A stretch of DNA of 64,000 bases. Source: Turneriella sp. Its GTDB lineage: Bacteria; Spirochaetota; Leptospiria; Turneriellales; Turneriellaceae. Under the pieces are notes generated by a model. The model saw nothing but the letters and a program-made list of their open reading frames with translations, was not told the DNA's origin and did no database searches. Position numbers and translations under genes: made by a program. The stretch spans positions 640,001-704,000 of the forward strand of contig CBDIID010000003.1 of the NCBI GenBank assembly GCA_965279515.1, given 5' to 3'. Positions 47,765 to 57,801 of the stretch are shown here, piece by piece (position 1 is the first letter of the stretch; each line of letters starts with the position of its first letter).

Positions 47765-48472
47765 TCATCCTACGACCTCAGTAATATTTGCCGTCTCACA
47801 CTTGAGGCGTAGGATTCTCAATGCAGCCAACTCATGCTGACGTACTTTGTCCCGCCTCAGGCGTAGTTTACGACTCAGGAATTGAAGAGTTTTGATTTTT
47901 CGGTTACCGAGACCGTACCGGTGCTTGATGATAACTTGATAAAGTTTGGGAAGTTCGTGGACATACTGCCAAAGCCGTTCGATGAGATCCTTTTCCTCGA
48001 ACTGGTTCGCCGGATCATGGAGGCTGTCCTTCGCCATTAGCTTCTCGCCTTCGCTTGAGGAGACCAGCCGCTCCCACGAATCGGTGGAAATGAATGGATT
48101 TGTGTCCTCGACGCGGAGTTGGTTCAATCGATTTTTTGGGAAATGCACGCTGGAATATACCTCGCGTAAGTACCTGCTAATCGCCTCCCGTATGAAGAAG
48201 GATGCGTAGCTCACGAAGGTATAGCCACGATCTGGATTGAAACTCCCTGCCGCCTTCATCAGTCCGACGGTGCCTTCGCCGACAAGTTCCTCGATGCGCG
48301 CATGACTGAAATGAAAACTTGCAAGATGGACAACGAGACGCAGGTTGTGATAAATAAGTTTTTCTCGGGCGTTGGTATCTCCGGCTCTGGCGTCGCTTGC
48401 AAGCCGGAACTGTGTTTCCCGTGACAGAATCGGGATTTGACTGATCTTATTTATGGAGCCTGCGTGTTTCAT
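47765..48472 (-). CDS. Sigma-70 family RNA polymerase sigma factor (regions 1.2, 2 and 4)
   Basis: AREKLIYHNLRLVV, EGTVGLMKAAGSFNPDRGYTFVSYA, RYGL...TL...VRQHE..AL. Confidence 0.88.
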   Translation of the reverse strand: MKHAGSINKISQIPILSRETQFRLASDARAGDTNAREKLIYHNLRLVVHLASFHFSHARIEELVGEGTVGLMKAAGSFNPDRGYTFVSYASFFIREAISRYLREVYSSVHFPKNRLNQLRVEDTNPFISTDSWERLVSSSEGEKLMAKDSLHDPANQFEEKDLIERLWQYVHELPKLYQVIIKHRYGLGNRKIKTLQFLSRKLRLRRDKVRQHELAALRILRLKCETANITEVVG

Positions 48473-48535
48473 TCGCCATCTCTATATAACACCAAGCTAG
48501 CGCGACAGTCAGGCCAGTCCTGGCTGTGACTGAAT

Positions 48536-49201
48536 TTATTTGATCTGGATCGTGTACTTTTCAGAGAGTTGAGCGACACGACGGAACGTATGCCCACGGT
48601 CTTGCCGATCTTTCATGTGCCGCTTGAGCACATCTTTGCGCGGCTCGACTTGCAAGCCTCTTAGTTTGGATAGCATGCTGCCAAAAACAAGGAACTCATC
48701 CTCTGAGATTTCGTCGACGGAGTACTTCTTGAATTTCAAGGGTAAACGCTCGATAGCTCCGACCTGTATTGCGTCGGACTTACGCCAGCTAATGTTTGAT
48801 CTGACTCCCTTAACGGCAAGGCCAGGTTCTGAGGTGTCGTTTTGCAAGTACGCTGTCAGGTATCGCTTCAGCCAATCAGCTCTAGCTAGCGTGGCCTTTT
48901 CTCGTTTAGCAAGCCGGTCTTTCTCTTTTCCCAATAGCTCTGCTTCGCCGACGAGGCTCTTGATATAGACGGCTATGTTTGCGGCTTTTTCATCTTTGGC
49001 AAGAGTCAACTCCTTCAAGCGGTCACTGATTTTCTGTTCGAGCTCTTCGTCGACGATCTCGCCGGTTTCGCTGACGGTGAATTCGAGCATGTCGATGATT
49101 GAAGTGATTGCCTCGTCGATTTCATAAAGCCGGAACTTCGAGACATTAGAGGCGGAGACCCTTTCGGTCTCCGCTGATTGTGCTTTTTTGGCTGCGCCCA
49201 C
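48536..49201 (-). CDS. Siphovirus Gp157-like protein
   Basis: LYEI...KAANIAVYIK...EKDRL...LKRYL...ISWRKS pattern. Confidence 0.75.
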   Translation of the reverse strand: MGAAKKAQSAETERVSASNVSKFRLYEIDEAITSIIDMLEFTVSETGEIVDEELEQKISDRLKELTLAKDEKAANIAVYIKSLVGEAELLGKEKDRLAKREKATLARADWLKRYLTAYLQNDTSEPGLAVKGVRSNISWRKSDAIQVGAIERLPLKFKKYSVDEISEDEFLVFGSMLSKLRGLQVEPRKDVLKRHMKDRQDRGHTFRRVAQLSEKYTIQIK

Positions 49202-49202
49202 G

Positions 49203-50006
49203 TCAGGCCGCCACTTGCTTCTCGATGTCAGGCATCAGCTCGCGCAACAGTTTTTCCACGGCCGCGTAGTCAAAGTTCTTGCGCCTCACCATATCTAAGG
49301 ATTTGGCCTGAGAGAACCTCAGCTGTTGGAAAATCTGCTTCAGCGACATTGGCAACTCTTCATAGGTTGGCACCGAGGTCCTAGCCAAGGGTTGCGACGT
49401 AGTACGTGTAGTTGGCGTAGTCGGTGTAGTTCCGGATGCAACAGCAGTCTGCGCCTGTGTCGCGGCCTGAACTGCTGGTGTAGCTGGGTTGCTTTCGGTT
49501 TTGGACTCCGCTGAGCTTTCGACCTCAAGTTTTGGCGGGTTCCAGCGGAAGTTTATCCATGAGTTGTTGACTTTGTCTTTAGCTGATCCTTTGTACTGAC
49601 CGCGCTCATTGACAAAACCATACACGTTACCGACGTTGTAGAGGTATCTGCCTATCCCCCAGGCAACGGAGGCCCGACGGAACGCATTGGAAATTCCACC
49701 TTTGACCGGTTCGATCTCTGTGAGGGATGCGGCATCACATTTGTCAAGCCACTCGCCGTTGATTCGGATACTCAGGGTGCAGAGGATACCCGAGCCAGGA
49801 CCCTGACGGTATTTAGCCGTCCAATTTTCGGCACCCAAAATGTTGTCTAGACGATCTTGAATCGTTCGCGCATCAAGATACGGTGCTACCATGCACCAGG
49901 GTTCTCCTTTCTGATTAAGTCCCGACATAGTTGACCTCCATTTGACCTCTTCTGCTCGGAAGGGTACGGTGAGCCTTGACATTAGGCCTTGCTCTTTTTC
50001 ATTCAT
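49203..50006 (-). CDS. Rad52/Rad22 (Sak-like) single-strand annealing protein
   Basis: PF...VKWR, YLDAR.IQDRLD..G..NW, KGGISNAFRRA...WGIGRYLY. Confidence 0.88.
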   Translation of the reverse strand: MNEKEQGLMSRLTVPFRAEEVKWRSTMSGLNQKGEPWCMVAPYLDARTIQDRLDNILGAENWTAKYRQGPGSGILCTLSIRINGEWLDKCDAASLTEIEPVKGGISNAFRRASVAWGIGRYLYNVGNVYGFVNERGQYKGSAKDKVNNSWINFRWNPPKLEVESSAESKTESNPATPAVQAATQAQTAVASGTTPTTPTTRTTSQPLARTSVPTYEELPMSLKQIFQQLRFSQAKSLDMVRRKNFDYAAVEKLLRELMPDIEKQVAA

Positions 50007-50081
50007 TTAATCTCCTCGCCTCGCTGTAGTCGCGAGTGCTCAGTGAATGGAGTCCTCTGCACGGCAGAGTGTGCGGATAGT

Positions 50082-50846
50082 TTATGTGAAAAGTCGTGCC
50101 TGTTGCACCGAAGGTCTGTCTTGCAAATAAAGGAAGTAGATCGGTATGGACTTCGTAAAGGAAGCAAAGTATGGCCCTAAAACGCGGTTCTTCGTGGCGC
50201 CTGAAACATTGAGGGCGTCGAGGAAGTCAGAAAAATCAAAAAGATTTTCCACCGATGGAAAGAATGATTGGATCACTACTATAGCCGCTTTCGCACGGAG
50301 ATTTCTGGCCTCAAGAATGGCGGACGCTGTACGATGCATTAGCTGATAACGAAGTTCGCTATTCGCATAAACCTGAGTCCCGAGGACTTGATTCAGGAAA
50401 TCAAGCCGCCGTTGCTTGCGTTCGACGATGCCATTAGATATATCAAATAGTTTTTCCTGCTGGGCGCTGACCGATCGGTCAGCCGTGCGAATCCAGCGAA
50501 ATATTCGATCGGAAAAGGACTCTCGGCTTTTAGCCTCTACGGCAACAACGACACGATTGTTATCGCCATTTGAGCAGAAAGCCATAATGTCCGTTCTGCT
50601 CGGGGTGCTTAAGGTATCCAAAAACACTGCGTGTTCGGCCACGACACTTTCGGGTCGCAAACCCCGTAGCACCTCAATTCCAGAGTTACGGAGGACATAA
50701 TTAAGCGGCTCGGGTAAAACTGACTTCACGCCGCGCCATTTCATGGCGCATTCATAGGCAGAATAAGAGGGAACCCAGTTTTTGCGACCTACGGTTTCAA
50801 TCCAGTCATCGATAGTTTTGAGCGGACGTAGTGAATGTATCTCCAT
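50082..50846 (-). CDS. PD-(D/E)xK nuclease-fold protein (DUF6946-like)
   Basis: SAYE.A..W, EH, SRTD, VEAK..ESF, LRYQLMHRTASA. Confidence 0.65.
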   Translation of the reverse strand: MEIHSLRPLKTIDDWIETVGRKNWVPSYSAYECAMKWRGVKSVLPEPLNYVLRNSGIEVLRGLRPESVVAEHAVFLDTLSTPSRTDIMAFCSNGDNNRVVVAVEAKSRESFSDRIFRWIRTADRSVSAQQEKLFDISNGIVERKQRRLDFLNQVLGTQVYANSELRYQLMHRTASAILEARNLRAKAAIVVIQSFFPSVENLFDFSDFLDALNVSGATKNRVLGPYFASFTKSIPIYFLYLQDRPSVQQARLFT

Positions 50847-50922
50847 ATGGGATCACATATCTATAGTCCCGGCAGCATCCCAGTTGATGGCCGCCAGTTA
50901 TCTTATGAGCAAAGTGCCCTGT

Positions 50923-51516
50923 TTATTGAAAGGGAATGCGACGTAAAATTTTCAGGTCATCGATATAAAGAGTCACGCCATCCACTATGGTATGAACATG
51001 CCCTGTCTTGCCATTCGATGGAAAGCCTTTCTTGGCAGCTACACGGAAACTTAATGCGAATCTGTCATAACCCATCTCTTGCACTGCTTCCAGCACTCGG
51101 TCACGGTTCCGGTCATGCATAAGATCAAGCCCGAAAGTGATCGGGAGTTCCGATATCATGCCATCCTCGCCGGCTTCTTGAAGCTCGGGCAGCTTGCATT
51201 CTAATTCCACATCATAGGTCGGGCCTTTCCTACCAACACATCCTTCAGGCGGGGAATACCAGACTCCGGGTTTGAAGTGCCTGGCTCGAAATTGCTCGGC
51301 GGATTCCCAGAGCTTTTGCGACTTTATTGTCTTACCCTCATTTGAAAGTTGTGAATAAGTTTCTTTGTCTTCAAGCAGCCGTTTGAAGAAATCGACTCCA
51401 AAGACTTGCGCCGTTGGCTTTGCGTACAAAGCAATGACGGCGATGGAAATAAACGTGAGTGACAGGGAGTGCCGACTCACTTTGGGCTCGTCAACTGCTG
51501 CTGTAGATATTCGCAC
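50923..51516 (-). CDS. Hypothetical exported protein
   Basis: N-terminal hydrophobic segment; third gene of a small operon. Confidence 0.5.
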   Translation of the reverse strand: MRISTAAVDEPKVSRHSLSLTFISIAVIALYAKPTAQVFGVDFFKRLLEDKETYSQLSNEGKTIKSQKLWESAEQFRARHFKPGVWYSPPEGCVGRKGPTYDVELECKLPELQEAGEDGMISELPITFGLDLMHDRNRDRVLEAVQEMGYDRFALSFRVAAKKGFPSNGKTGHVHTIVDGVTLYIDDLKILRRIPFQ

Positions 51517-52061
51517 CCTGTAGTCGTTGTTGCGTAGTAGAGGTTCGTTCGCATCTCAGGGGCACCCTGGCAGTTTATCTCTAAAACATCGGTGTCTACT
51601 AAGCGTTCTTTGCATTCGGGAAATTGCAGGATAACATTCCAGGGACTCATGTTTGAACCACCTACATTCGCAGCATCAACACAGGTGTTACTCTTAGGGG
51701 AGAAAGCGAACCACCGATCTTTCAAAAGCCGGAATGTTCGGATGTTCTTCTGGCAGGTACCCTTGGAAGAAGCGAAGACGTAGATTCCGTTCCATTCTGC
51801 AGTAGCTTGATTCGGGCAGTCGATTGCTACGACACCGGTTTTGAGGTCATTCACAACAAAAGAACAGCCTGTTGTCCCGGCAGAGGTACCGATGACGAGG
51901 TGATTGACTTCACCTCGCTGGGCTTTCGTTGCCGCAACGCATTTGCCATCGGCAAAGAAATGCCAAGGAGCAGCCTGTGCCGAAATCTCGGAAACGCTTA
52001 GCGCGATCATGCCTAGGCCGAAGACAAAGGTCAAAGACGTTGTGCGCTTACTTCTTAACAT
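51477..52061 (-). CDS. Cys-rich exported protein
   Basis: Signal peptide from ATG 52061; 8 Cys in two similar halves. Confidence 0.55.
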   Translation of the reverse strand: MLRSKRTTSLTFVFGLGMIALSVSEISAQAAPWHFFADGKCVAATKAQRGEVNHLVIGTSAGTTGCSFVVNDLKTGVVAIDCPNQATAEWNGIYVFASSKGTCQKNIRTFRLLKDRWFAFSPKSNTCVDAANVGGSNMSPWNVILQFPECKERLVDTDVLEINCQGAPEMRTNLYYATTTTGCEYLQQQLTSPK

Positions 52062-52431
52062 ACGTACCCTCGAACCAGCCGAATCCCTTGATAGTTTTAT
52101 CGTCCGCCTTCTCAAAGCGGACTTCACCTTGTCTCGGGTCCTTAATGTAATAACTGTTTCCGCGTTTTGTGTACTCAAAACAGCCTGCTTCAGCATTTTT
52201 AGAGAGGCCCATGCCCGAGGCGGTGATGCAAGCTCGGCCGTCGCGAAAGTCGATTGCTGCGATAAGGCAGCGACCGCAAGTATACTTGCCGGAAAAATCT
52301 GCGCGGCTACATGCTACGCTGAGCAGCATGGACAGAAGTCCCAGGAGCCTGATCGATGCCCAAAAGACGCACTTCGTCTTCAAGCTGAGTTTACGTTGGG
52401 TAGGTGAATAATCTAGTAGGATGGTTTTCAT
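52048..52431 (-). CDS. Small lipoprotein
   Basis: Lipobox SVAC; divergent from the XRE gene. Confidence 0.55.
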   Translation of the reverse strand: MKTILLDYSPTQRKLSLKTKCVFWASIRLLGLLSMLLSVACSRADFSGKYTCGRCLIAAIDFRDGRACITASGMGLSKNAEAGCFEYTKRGNSYYIKDPRQGEVRFEKADDKTIKGFGWFEGTYVKK

Positions 52432-52501
52432 ATTGTACCTATCATAACGAGTACCTATTTCGTCAAGGTGGTTTTATTGTAGGTACTGTGTATAAACAGG
52501 G

Positions 52502-52756
52502 ATGAAAGAGAAGCCCAACCTTGAGCGTGAGTTTGAAGCCTTCCTAAAAACCTTTGGCAAGAAAGTAAAAGAAGTCAGAACACAGAAGCAACGTACTCAG
52601 GAATGGATGGACGATAAACAGGACTTTGGAATCGATATCAAGCACTTCCAGAGCATCGAACAGGGTAGATCGAATGTCACCTTGCGAACGATATTCAAGG
52701 TCTGTCGAAAGCTAGGTGTTCAACCCTCTGATTTGTTTAAGGGGGTTTCTGTCTAG
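52502..52756 (+). CDS. XRE-family HTH regulator
   Basis: FGKKVKEVR...TQE...IEQGRSNVTLRTI..C..LGV.PSDL. Confidence 0.85.
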   Translation: MKEKPNLEREFEAFLKTFGKKVKEVRTQKQRTQEWMDDKQDFGIDIKHFQSIEQGRSNVTLRTIFKVCRKLGVQPSDLFKGVSV

Positions 52757-53206
52757 CTATTGCGGTAGACAGGAGCCCGAAGGCTCCCTCGTCCTCATTG
52801 TTTGCCCTGTAGGCCGGTGCTGCCGCGGTATTTCACTGGCGAGTGAATATTGTGCATCGGATGGCGAACCCATCCGTAGCTGCCTGAGTATGGTTGGTGT
52901 ATAGGTGTGGGGGGGGGAAGAAGAAAGCTCTAACTATATTAGCTGCTTTATCTTGTTTTGTTTTTATGGTTAAGGGTGCGACCCTTCGAGTGCTGGGATT
53001 TCCCCAACACCGAATTAGACACTCCGCAGACATAACAAGGCGAGGATGCTTGTTAGGTCTACGGAGGATCGAGTTCATGTTCATTCTAATGAACAAATAC
53101 AAGTACGCCTACCCAGGCTTCGAGAAACAGGGCAGAGCAGACTGTTTTGTCAAAATCAAATAATAGGCGTGGTCAGTGAGGTCACTGTGGTCATTTCTTT
53201 TTCCAG

Positions 53207-53650
53207 TTATGGGTACTGCATCTCCCATAGAAAACGAATCTGCCTAGCCTGCAGTTCATCCTGCCATTCCCTCAGGGTCTTCAGCCGTCTCCGAGGTTTT
53301 GGTGGGCTTAAGACCACTCGTACGAACCGGCTATCCAACGCTGATAGTTCTTCCAGCGCATTTCCACATAAAATTATGAAAGTCGACCCCTGAAAAATCA
53401 ACCTGTCCACGATAGGTAGCAACAAACCACATTCCGCATTTGATAGCTCGCTCACGTGCCAAATGAGGATCCGTGGAGGCACGAAAAATGAGCTCCCATG
53501 TGACATCTCAAGTACAAAGTCTTGCGAATTCCAATTACAAAATACGGTTTCTTCACCAAAATAATTTGGCTCCATATGCCCAAGAGTCAACCGCTTCCTT
53601 CGAATAAAGCGCCGGAGTTCGGACCGAGTTCCAAACGCTAGATAATTCAT
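53207..53650 (-). CDS. Degenerate clamp-loader-like AAA+ protein
   Basis: ILIWHVSELS...LL...FIILCG...ALDSRF resembles the DnaX/HolB core with an SRC-type arginine finger but no Walker motifs. Confidence 0.45.
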   Translation of the reverse strand: MNYLAFGTRSELRRFIRRKRLTLGHMEPNYFGEETVFCNWNSQDFVLEMSHGSSFFVPPRILIWHVSELSNAECGLLLPIVDRLIFQGSTFIILCGNALEELSALDSRFVRVVLSPPKPRRRLKTLREWQDELQARQIRFLWEMQYP

Positions 53651-53792
53651 TGACGCAACCGACTTTGCCTCGATTTCCTTGACGGCAATCGATGGATATG
53701 GATATCAATCCGGGGAAATAGGTTGTGCTCGATTTCAGGATCACTTAACCGGTGAGATAGATTCATAAGTGCCATAAGGATCGAATCTCTAG

Positions 53793-55033
53793 CAGGGTGT
53801 TGAAAAACGCATAGAATCGGGTATCCGTTCAAACCATAAATACGATTGGACGGGCACGTATTTTGCGCCTTGCCACCTTCGCTTCTGGGCGCAACGGGCT
53901 CATAGCTTGCCAGCCAAAATAACCAGATTGGCTGCCGCCATCGTGAATATGAAATGAAAGCCAACCTTAGCTTTGCCGCAGTAGCGTGTTTTACGGATAC
54001 CACCGATGGTTTTGCCCCAGCCAAATAATTCTTCAATCCGTTTGCGAACGCGTTGGCTGATTGCATAGCCGGTACTTCGCGCCGTTCGGCGATCAAGGCC
54101 TGGTGTTTTTCGTGTTTCAATCATGGCGATGTGCGGTTTTATCTTCAATGACCTGAGCGATGCTACCATGTCTTTCGTATGGTAGCCTTTGTCTGCACCC
54201 AATGTTCGCGGCTTGATTTTGCGCTTGCGGAGATTCTTTAATAGAGCAAGCAAGCCACGGCGTTCTGCTTTGCCATCAGCAGCCTCCAGGTTTGCCGCAA
54301 CACAAAGACCGGTACGATTTTCCATGACGACATTACCGCAGTAAGACAGCTTTGCTTCTTTGCCGGGGCCCTTGCGTGCAAGCATGGATTCGGGATCAGT
54401 AGTACTGGCATGTGTTTCATTGCTGCGTTTTTCATCGTGAAAATTCACGATCGGATTGCGACTGGTGTCTATTGGCTTTTCGCGTTTTACGTCTGCATCT
54501 TTTTGTTTCGGCTTAAAGCTTTTAAGCGATGCCCATGCTTCGATCAATGTGCCGTCAGCGGTGAAGTGTTCATCAGAGACCAGATTCTTGCTTTGCGCAA
54601 AACGAACGACCTGCGCCAGAAAGCTATTTGCGATTTCCTGATTGAGGAGGCGTTCGCGGTTTTTGGCAAAAGTACTGTGATTCGGAACAGGATCATTCGG
54701 CATCAGATCAAGAAACCAGCGGAAGAGAAAATTGTAGCTGAGTTGTTCACAAAGCTGGCGCTCCGAACGAATCGAATAAAAAGCGATCAGAAGCGATGCC
54801 TTCAGCAAAAACTCCGGCGGTATCGAGGGTCTGCCAGCATCGGCGTACATCTTATCAAGTGCTCCATCCAGTTTGCCGAGCACGTCATCGGCCATAGTCT
54901 TGATTTTACGCAATGGATGCGACGGCGGAATCAGATCTTCCGCAGAGAAATTGTAGAGAAAATTCATCTGAGCTTTTTGGTCACCGCGCATTGGCTCAAT
55001 ATAATCAAAATTAAGGACTTCTTCAACACCCTG
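53793..55033 (-). mobile_element. IS5-family insertion sequence (1241 bp)
   Basis: Terminal inverted repeats CAGGGTGTTGAA; CTAG target duplication at 53789-53792 and 55034-55037. Confidence 0.92.
53900..54991 (-). CDS. IS5-family DDE transposase
   Basis: GRPSIPPE, RSERQLCE, DGT, ADKGY, RKRIEELFGWGK. Confidence 0.92.
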   Translation of the reverse strand: MRGDQKAQMNFLYNFSAEDLIPPSHPLRKIKTMADDVLGKLDGALDKMYADAGRPSIPPEFLLKASLLIAFYSIRSERQLCEQLSYNFLFRWFLDLMPNDPVPNHSTFAKNRERLLNQEIANSFLAQVVRFAQSKNLVSDEHFTADGTLIEAWASLKSFKPKQKDADVKREKPIDTSRNPIVNFHDEKRSNETHASTTDPESMLARKGPGKEAKLSYCGNVVMENRTGLCVAANLEAADGKAERRGLLALLKNLRKRKIKPRTLGADKGYHTKDMVASLRSLKIKPHIAMIETRKTPGLDRRTARSTGYAISQRVRKRIEELFGWGKTIGGIRKTRYCGKAKVGFHFIFTMAAANLVILAGKL

Positions 55034-56115
55034 CTAGTTACGGCTGCTTGGAAATCGGTAAGCTTGAGTACGGCAGCCATGTGAGCAACATGTTTAAGCG
55101 GAATGCGACTTCGCGTGTCGAGATAAGCATTCTTAGAATTAAGATTACCGTAAGAAACTTGTCTCTCAGTTAGATAACTTCGATACAGATTCAATAATGT
55201 GCGTGTCAGATTCTGCGCAAACTTTTGCGGCGGCGATTTAAGTAGCCACTTGCATGCACATTCATCTAGCCCTTCTGTGTCGTTGCCGATCATTGTTATC
55301 ATTTGCAAGTAGTCAGTATCTGTAGGGATCCCGAAGACTTCAGTAAGCAGCCGTCCATCTATCTCCCTATCTCCGCTCAGACTGACGGCATACTCTAGGT
55401 GGTTTAGAGCGGAGCGCATGTCGCCATCTCCGTGATTACACAAATACCATAAAGCATCATCAGTCGCTTGGATTTTTTCACTTTGGCAGATTTCTCGTAA
55501 GTGTTCGATTACTGTGGCATGAGAAATCGGATCAAACTCGATATTAATACATCGCTTTCGTAAAGACGGATCTACACCCCGGCGCTTGTCCGGCGTCGTA
55601 GCGAATACAACAGTAATGCGTTTTGTGCTAAAATGGTTTTCGATACCCAGTACCTGATTCCGGAATTTTGCTTCCTTTTCAGCATCAATAAAATCGTCAT
55701 AAAAGCGAAGAAAAGCGCCCTGTTGCCGAATCGGTAGATTTCCAATCTCATCAAATACAAGAACCTTATGATGGCCGGATTTCGGTAAGTTAACGAATTC
55801 TAAGGCGGACTCTATTTCTTCCACGCTTGTATTTGCGCAGTTTACATATGCATAATACTCCTTCGGGTAAGTGTCGAAATCCAAACACTTGGGACATACG
55901 CAGCAAGCATCCCTTTCATTTTCAAATTCGATGCAATTAACAGCCTTCGAAATAATTGAAGCTGCTGAAGATTTGCCAGTACCTGAAGGTCCAACGAATT
56001 GAAAAAATTCGATGCTACTTCTATGGAGATTGTTCTGAATAGCCAAAATCGCCCGGCCTTGACCTAATATTTCCCCAAGCTTTCGGGGGCTGTATTTTGT
56101 TACATATGACATGGC

Positions 56116-57279
56116 TTAACCCCAACGGAGTTGATCATGGATGCGATTTGCGCGTTCCTTTTCTGACAATAGAAACCGACTAAGCTGCTTTCGATACTCT
56201 GGTTTTAGGTCCATATGATTAAAGAAGCGTCGCTTCGGGCGAGCATCCCCCTTTTTCCATTCGGGCGGCCTCTCATTTTTGCGCAGCCCAATGGAAGTCG
56301 TGTGTCTGTTTTCACGGCCCATTTGCTCGCCGAAGTCTTCCACATCAAGAGGTATGCGGTGATGGTGTTTTTCACAAAACGCACAATAGAAAGCGTATAG
56401 ATCATTGTTCAATATTCGCAATTTAGGGCCATGCATACAGGCCTCATCGATAAAATGTGCTAACAGGTTATTTTTCAGCTCCCATTGCTGTAATTCGGCC
56501 TCGAACCAGTCAAAATCGATAGTATGGTCATAGCCCGGGTCGCGATCCCACTTTAGCCATGCGATGAATTTGCGGATCTCTGACGGGGACGTGACAAGAG
56601 TCTTCAGCAAACTTAGTTGCCCCGTGCTGATTTTCTCGGATCGAAATTGAAATGGTAAAATTACGTCACGCAATGAATCCGAGTACGGCAGATCCCGGTA
56701 GTCTGAATCAGCGTAGGTGATTAGCACGGACTTTCTTTTTGCACTGGCATAAGATTGGTTTAGGGATGTTGAAATGCGGTCACTAAGCGTCAGATTCATG
56801 AATAGTCGCAGGGTAGCCATTGATACAGGGTTGCGTAGAGGTACTTGGATAATCTTGTGCTTTCTTAGATTTTGAACTCCACGCCGATTTAGTTGATTTA
56901 TTGATAATTGACCGGGGTCAATAAAGTCCATCACGGCATTTTTTCCCGCGTGCGTAATAACTGCGCGAAGCAGCGAAGCTAATGGCTCGCCAAACACATA
57001 CAGTATTTTCTGAATCGGCACTCCATAGTGAAAGATGGCCCCTAGGGTTAAGCGCAAAGCTTCGCGAAATGCTTTCTTTTCACGAATACCCTGTCGAGGA
57101 CAGTACTTTATGCATTCTGATGCGATTAGGGGAAGATCCCGCGGCTTCAGTTGTCGGAACCGTTCTGAATCGAAACTGGCATTGGAATAAATTGAATGAT
57201 TCTGGATGTCGCTGTTGTCCATAAGTCTCCTTGAAATATTTTGTGTGTTAGAGGCTGGTTGATATTGCTGCTTGCACAC
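56116..57279 (-). CDS. Degenerate D5-like helicase with C-terminal winged-helix-like region
   Basis: N...FIDEAC...LY..YC.FC...PL....FG..M is typical of the D5 C-terminus; KILYVFGE lacks the Walker A lysine. Confidence 0.55.
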   Translation of the reverse strand: MCKQQYQPASNTQNISRRLMDNSDIQNHSIYSNASFDSERFRQLKPRDLPLIASECIKYCPRQGIREKKAFREALRLTLGAIFHYGVPIQKILYVFGEPLASLLRAVITHAGKNAVMDFIDPGQLSINQLNRRGVQNLRKHKIIQVPLRNPVSMATLRLFMNLTLSDRISTSLNQSYASAKRKSVLITYADSDYRDLPYSDSLRDVILPFQFRSEKISTGQLSLLKTLVTSPSEIRKFIAWLKWDRDPGYDHTIDFDWFEAELQQWELKNNLLAHFIDEACMHGPKLRILNNDLYAFYCAFCEKHHHRIPLDVEDFGEQMGRENRHTTSIGLRKNERPPEWKKGDARPKRRFFNHMDLKPEYRKQLSRFLLSEKERANRIHDQLRWG

Positions 57280-57573
57280 CTAATGGTCGCCATCGAATTT
57301 TGAAACACGCGCCCTCACTAAACCAATTTAATCAGGGTTTCTTTTTCCGGCAAGTGAGGCAAAACGCCAGAAACTTCCCCTGTAGCATCGACAGGTCGAT
57401 GAATTAAGAGGATTTTTTGCGTAGAAAAAAAGTTCAGATTTTCGAGACGAAATGCGAAAAAATGTCTGTTTGTGCGATCACTCGGTTCAGAGCTAGCTTG
57501 CATTCGCAAAAAAAAAGTTGATTTTGTCGCTTTTGAGTTACGAAAAATCGCCTCTCAGTTGTATTATATAGGC

Positions 57574-57801
57574 ATGAAACCATGCCTATATAATACAACA
57601 ACTCCCGATTCGGGCATCTCTCTCGAGAGCGACACGCTTAACCATTGGGCTGAAATGGTAGTTTCCTTGATAGAGTCGAGCCAACTCATGCCTAGTCCCC
57701 CCTTCGAGGAATCACCATTCTTCGGCATAGTGGAGGCGAAGCTTCGATTTGACATTACAGGGAATCCGTACATTCTATGGATCAAGCGAGGACGCGTATG
57801 A
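57574..57801 (+). CDS. Small hypothetical protein coupled to the integrase
   Basis: 75 aa; its TGA overlaps the integrase ATG (ATGA at 57798-57801). Confidence 0.45.
   Translation: MKPCLYNTTTPDSGISLESDTLNHWAEMVVSLIESSQLMPSPPFEESPFFGIVEAKLRFDITGNPYILWIKRGRV

Larger units (their letters stand above)
53647..56112 (-). pseudogene. DnaX (Pol III gamma/tau)-like clamp-loader ATPase interrupted near its 3' end by IS5
   Basis: KYSP...ILGQ, GPSGTGKS, Cys cluster, FDE, RKRC, GDMRSALNHLE. Removing the IS restores the frame (AAVT-RDSILMAL...RLRQ*). Confidence 0.8.

Noticed and set aside
52760..53200. Possible oriT or genes in this gap, including a G9 run
   Set aside because: Overlapping short ORFs without motifs, and no relaxase to support an oriT.
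53647..54120. 157-aa ORF as a gene
   Set aside because: It is a chimera of IS sequence and the displaced 3' end of the DnaX-like gene.
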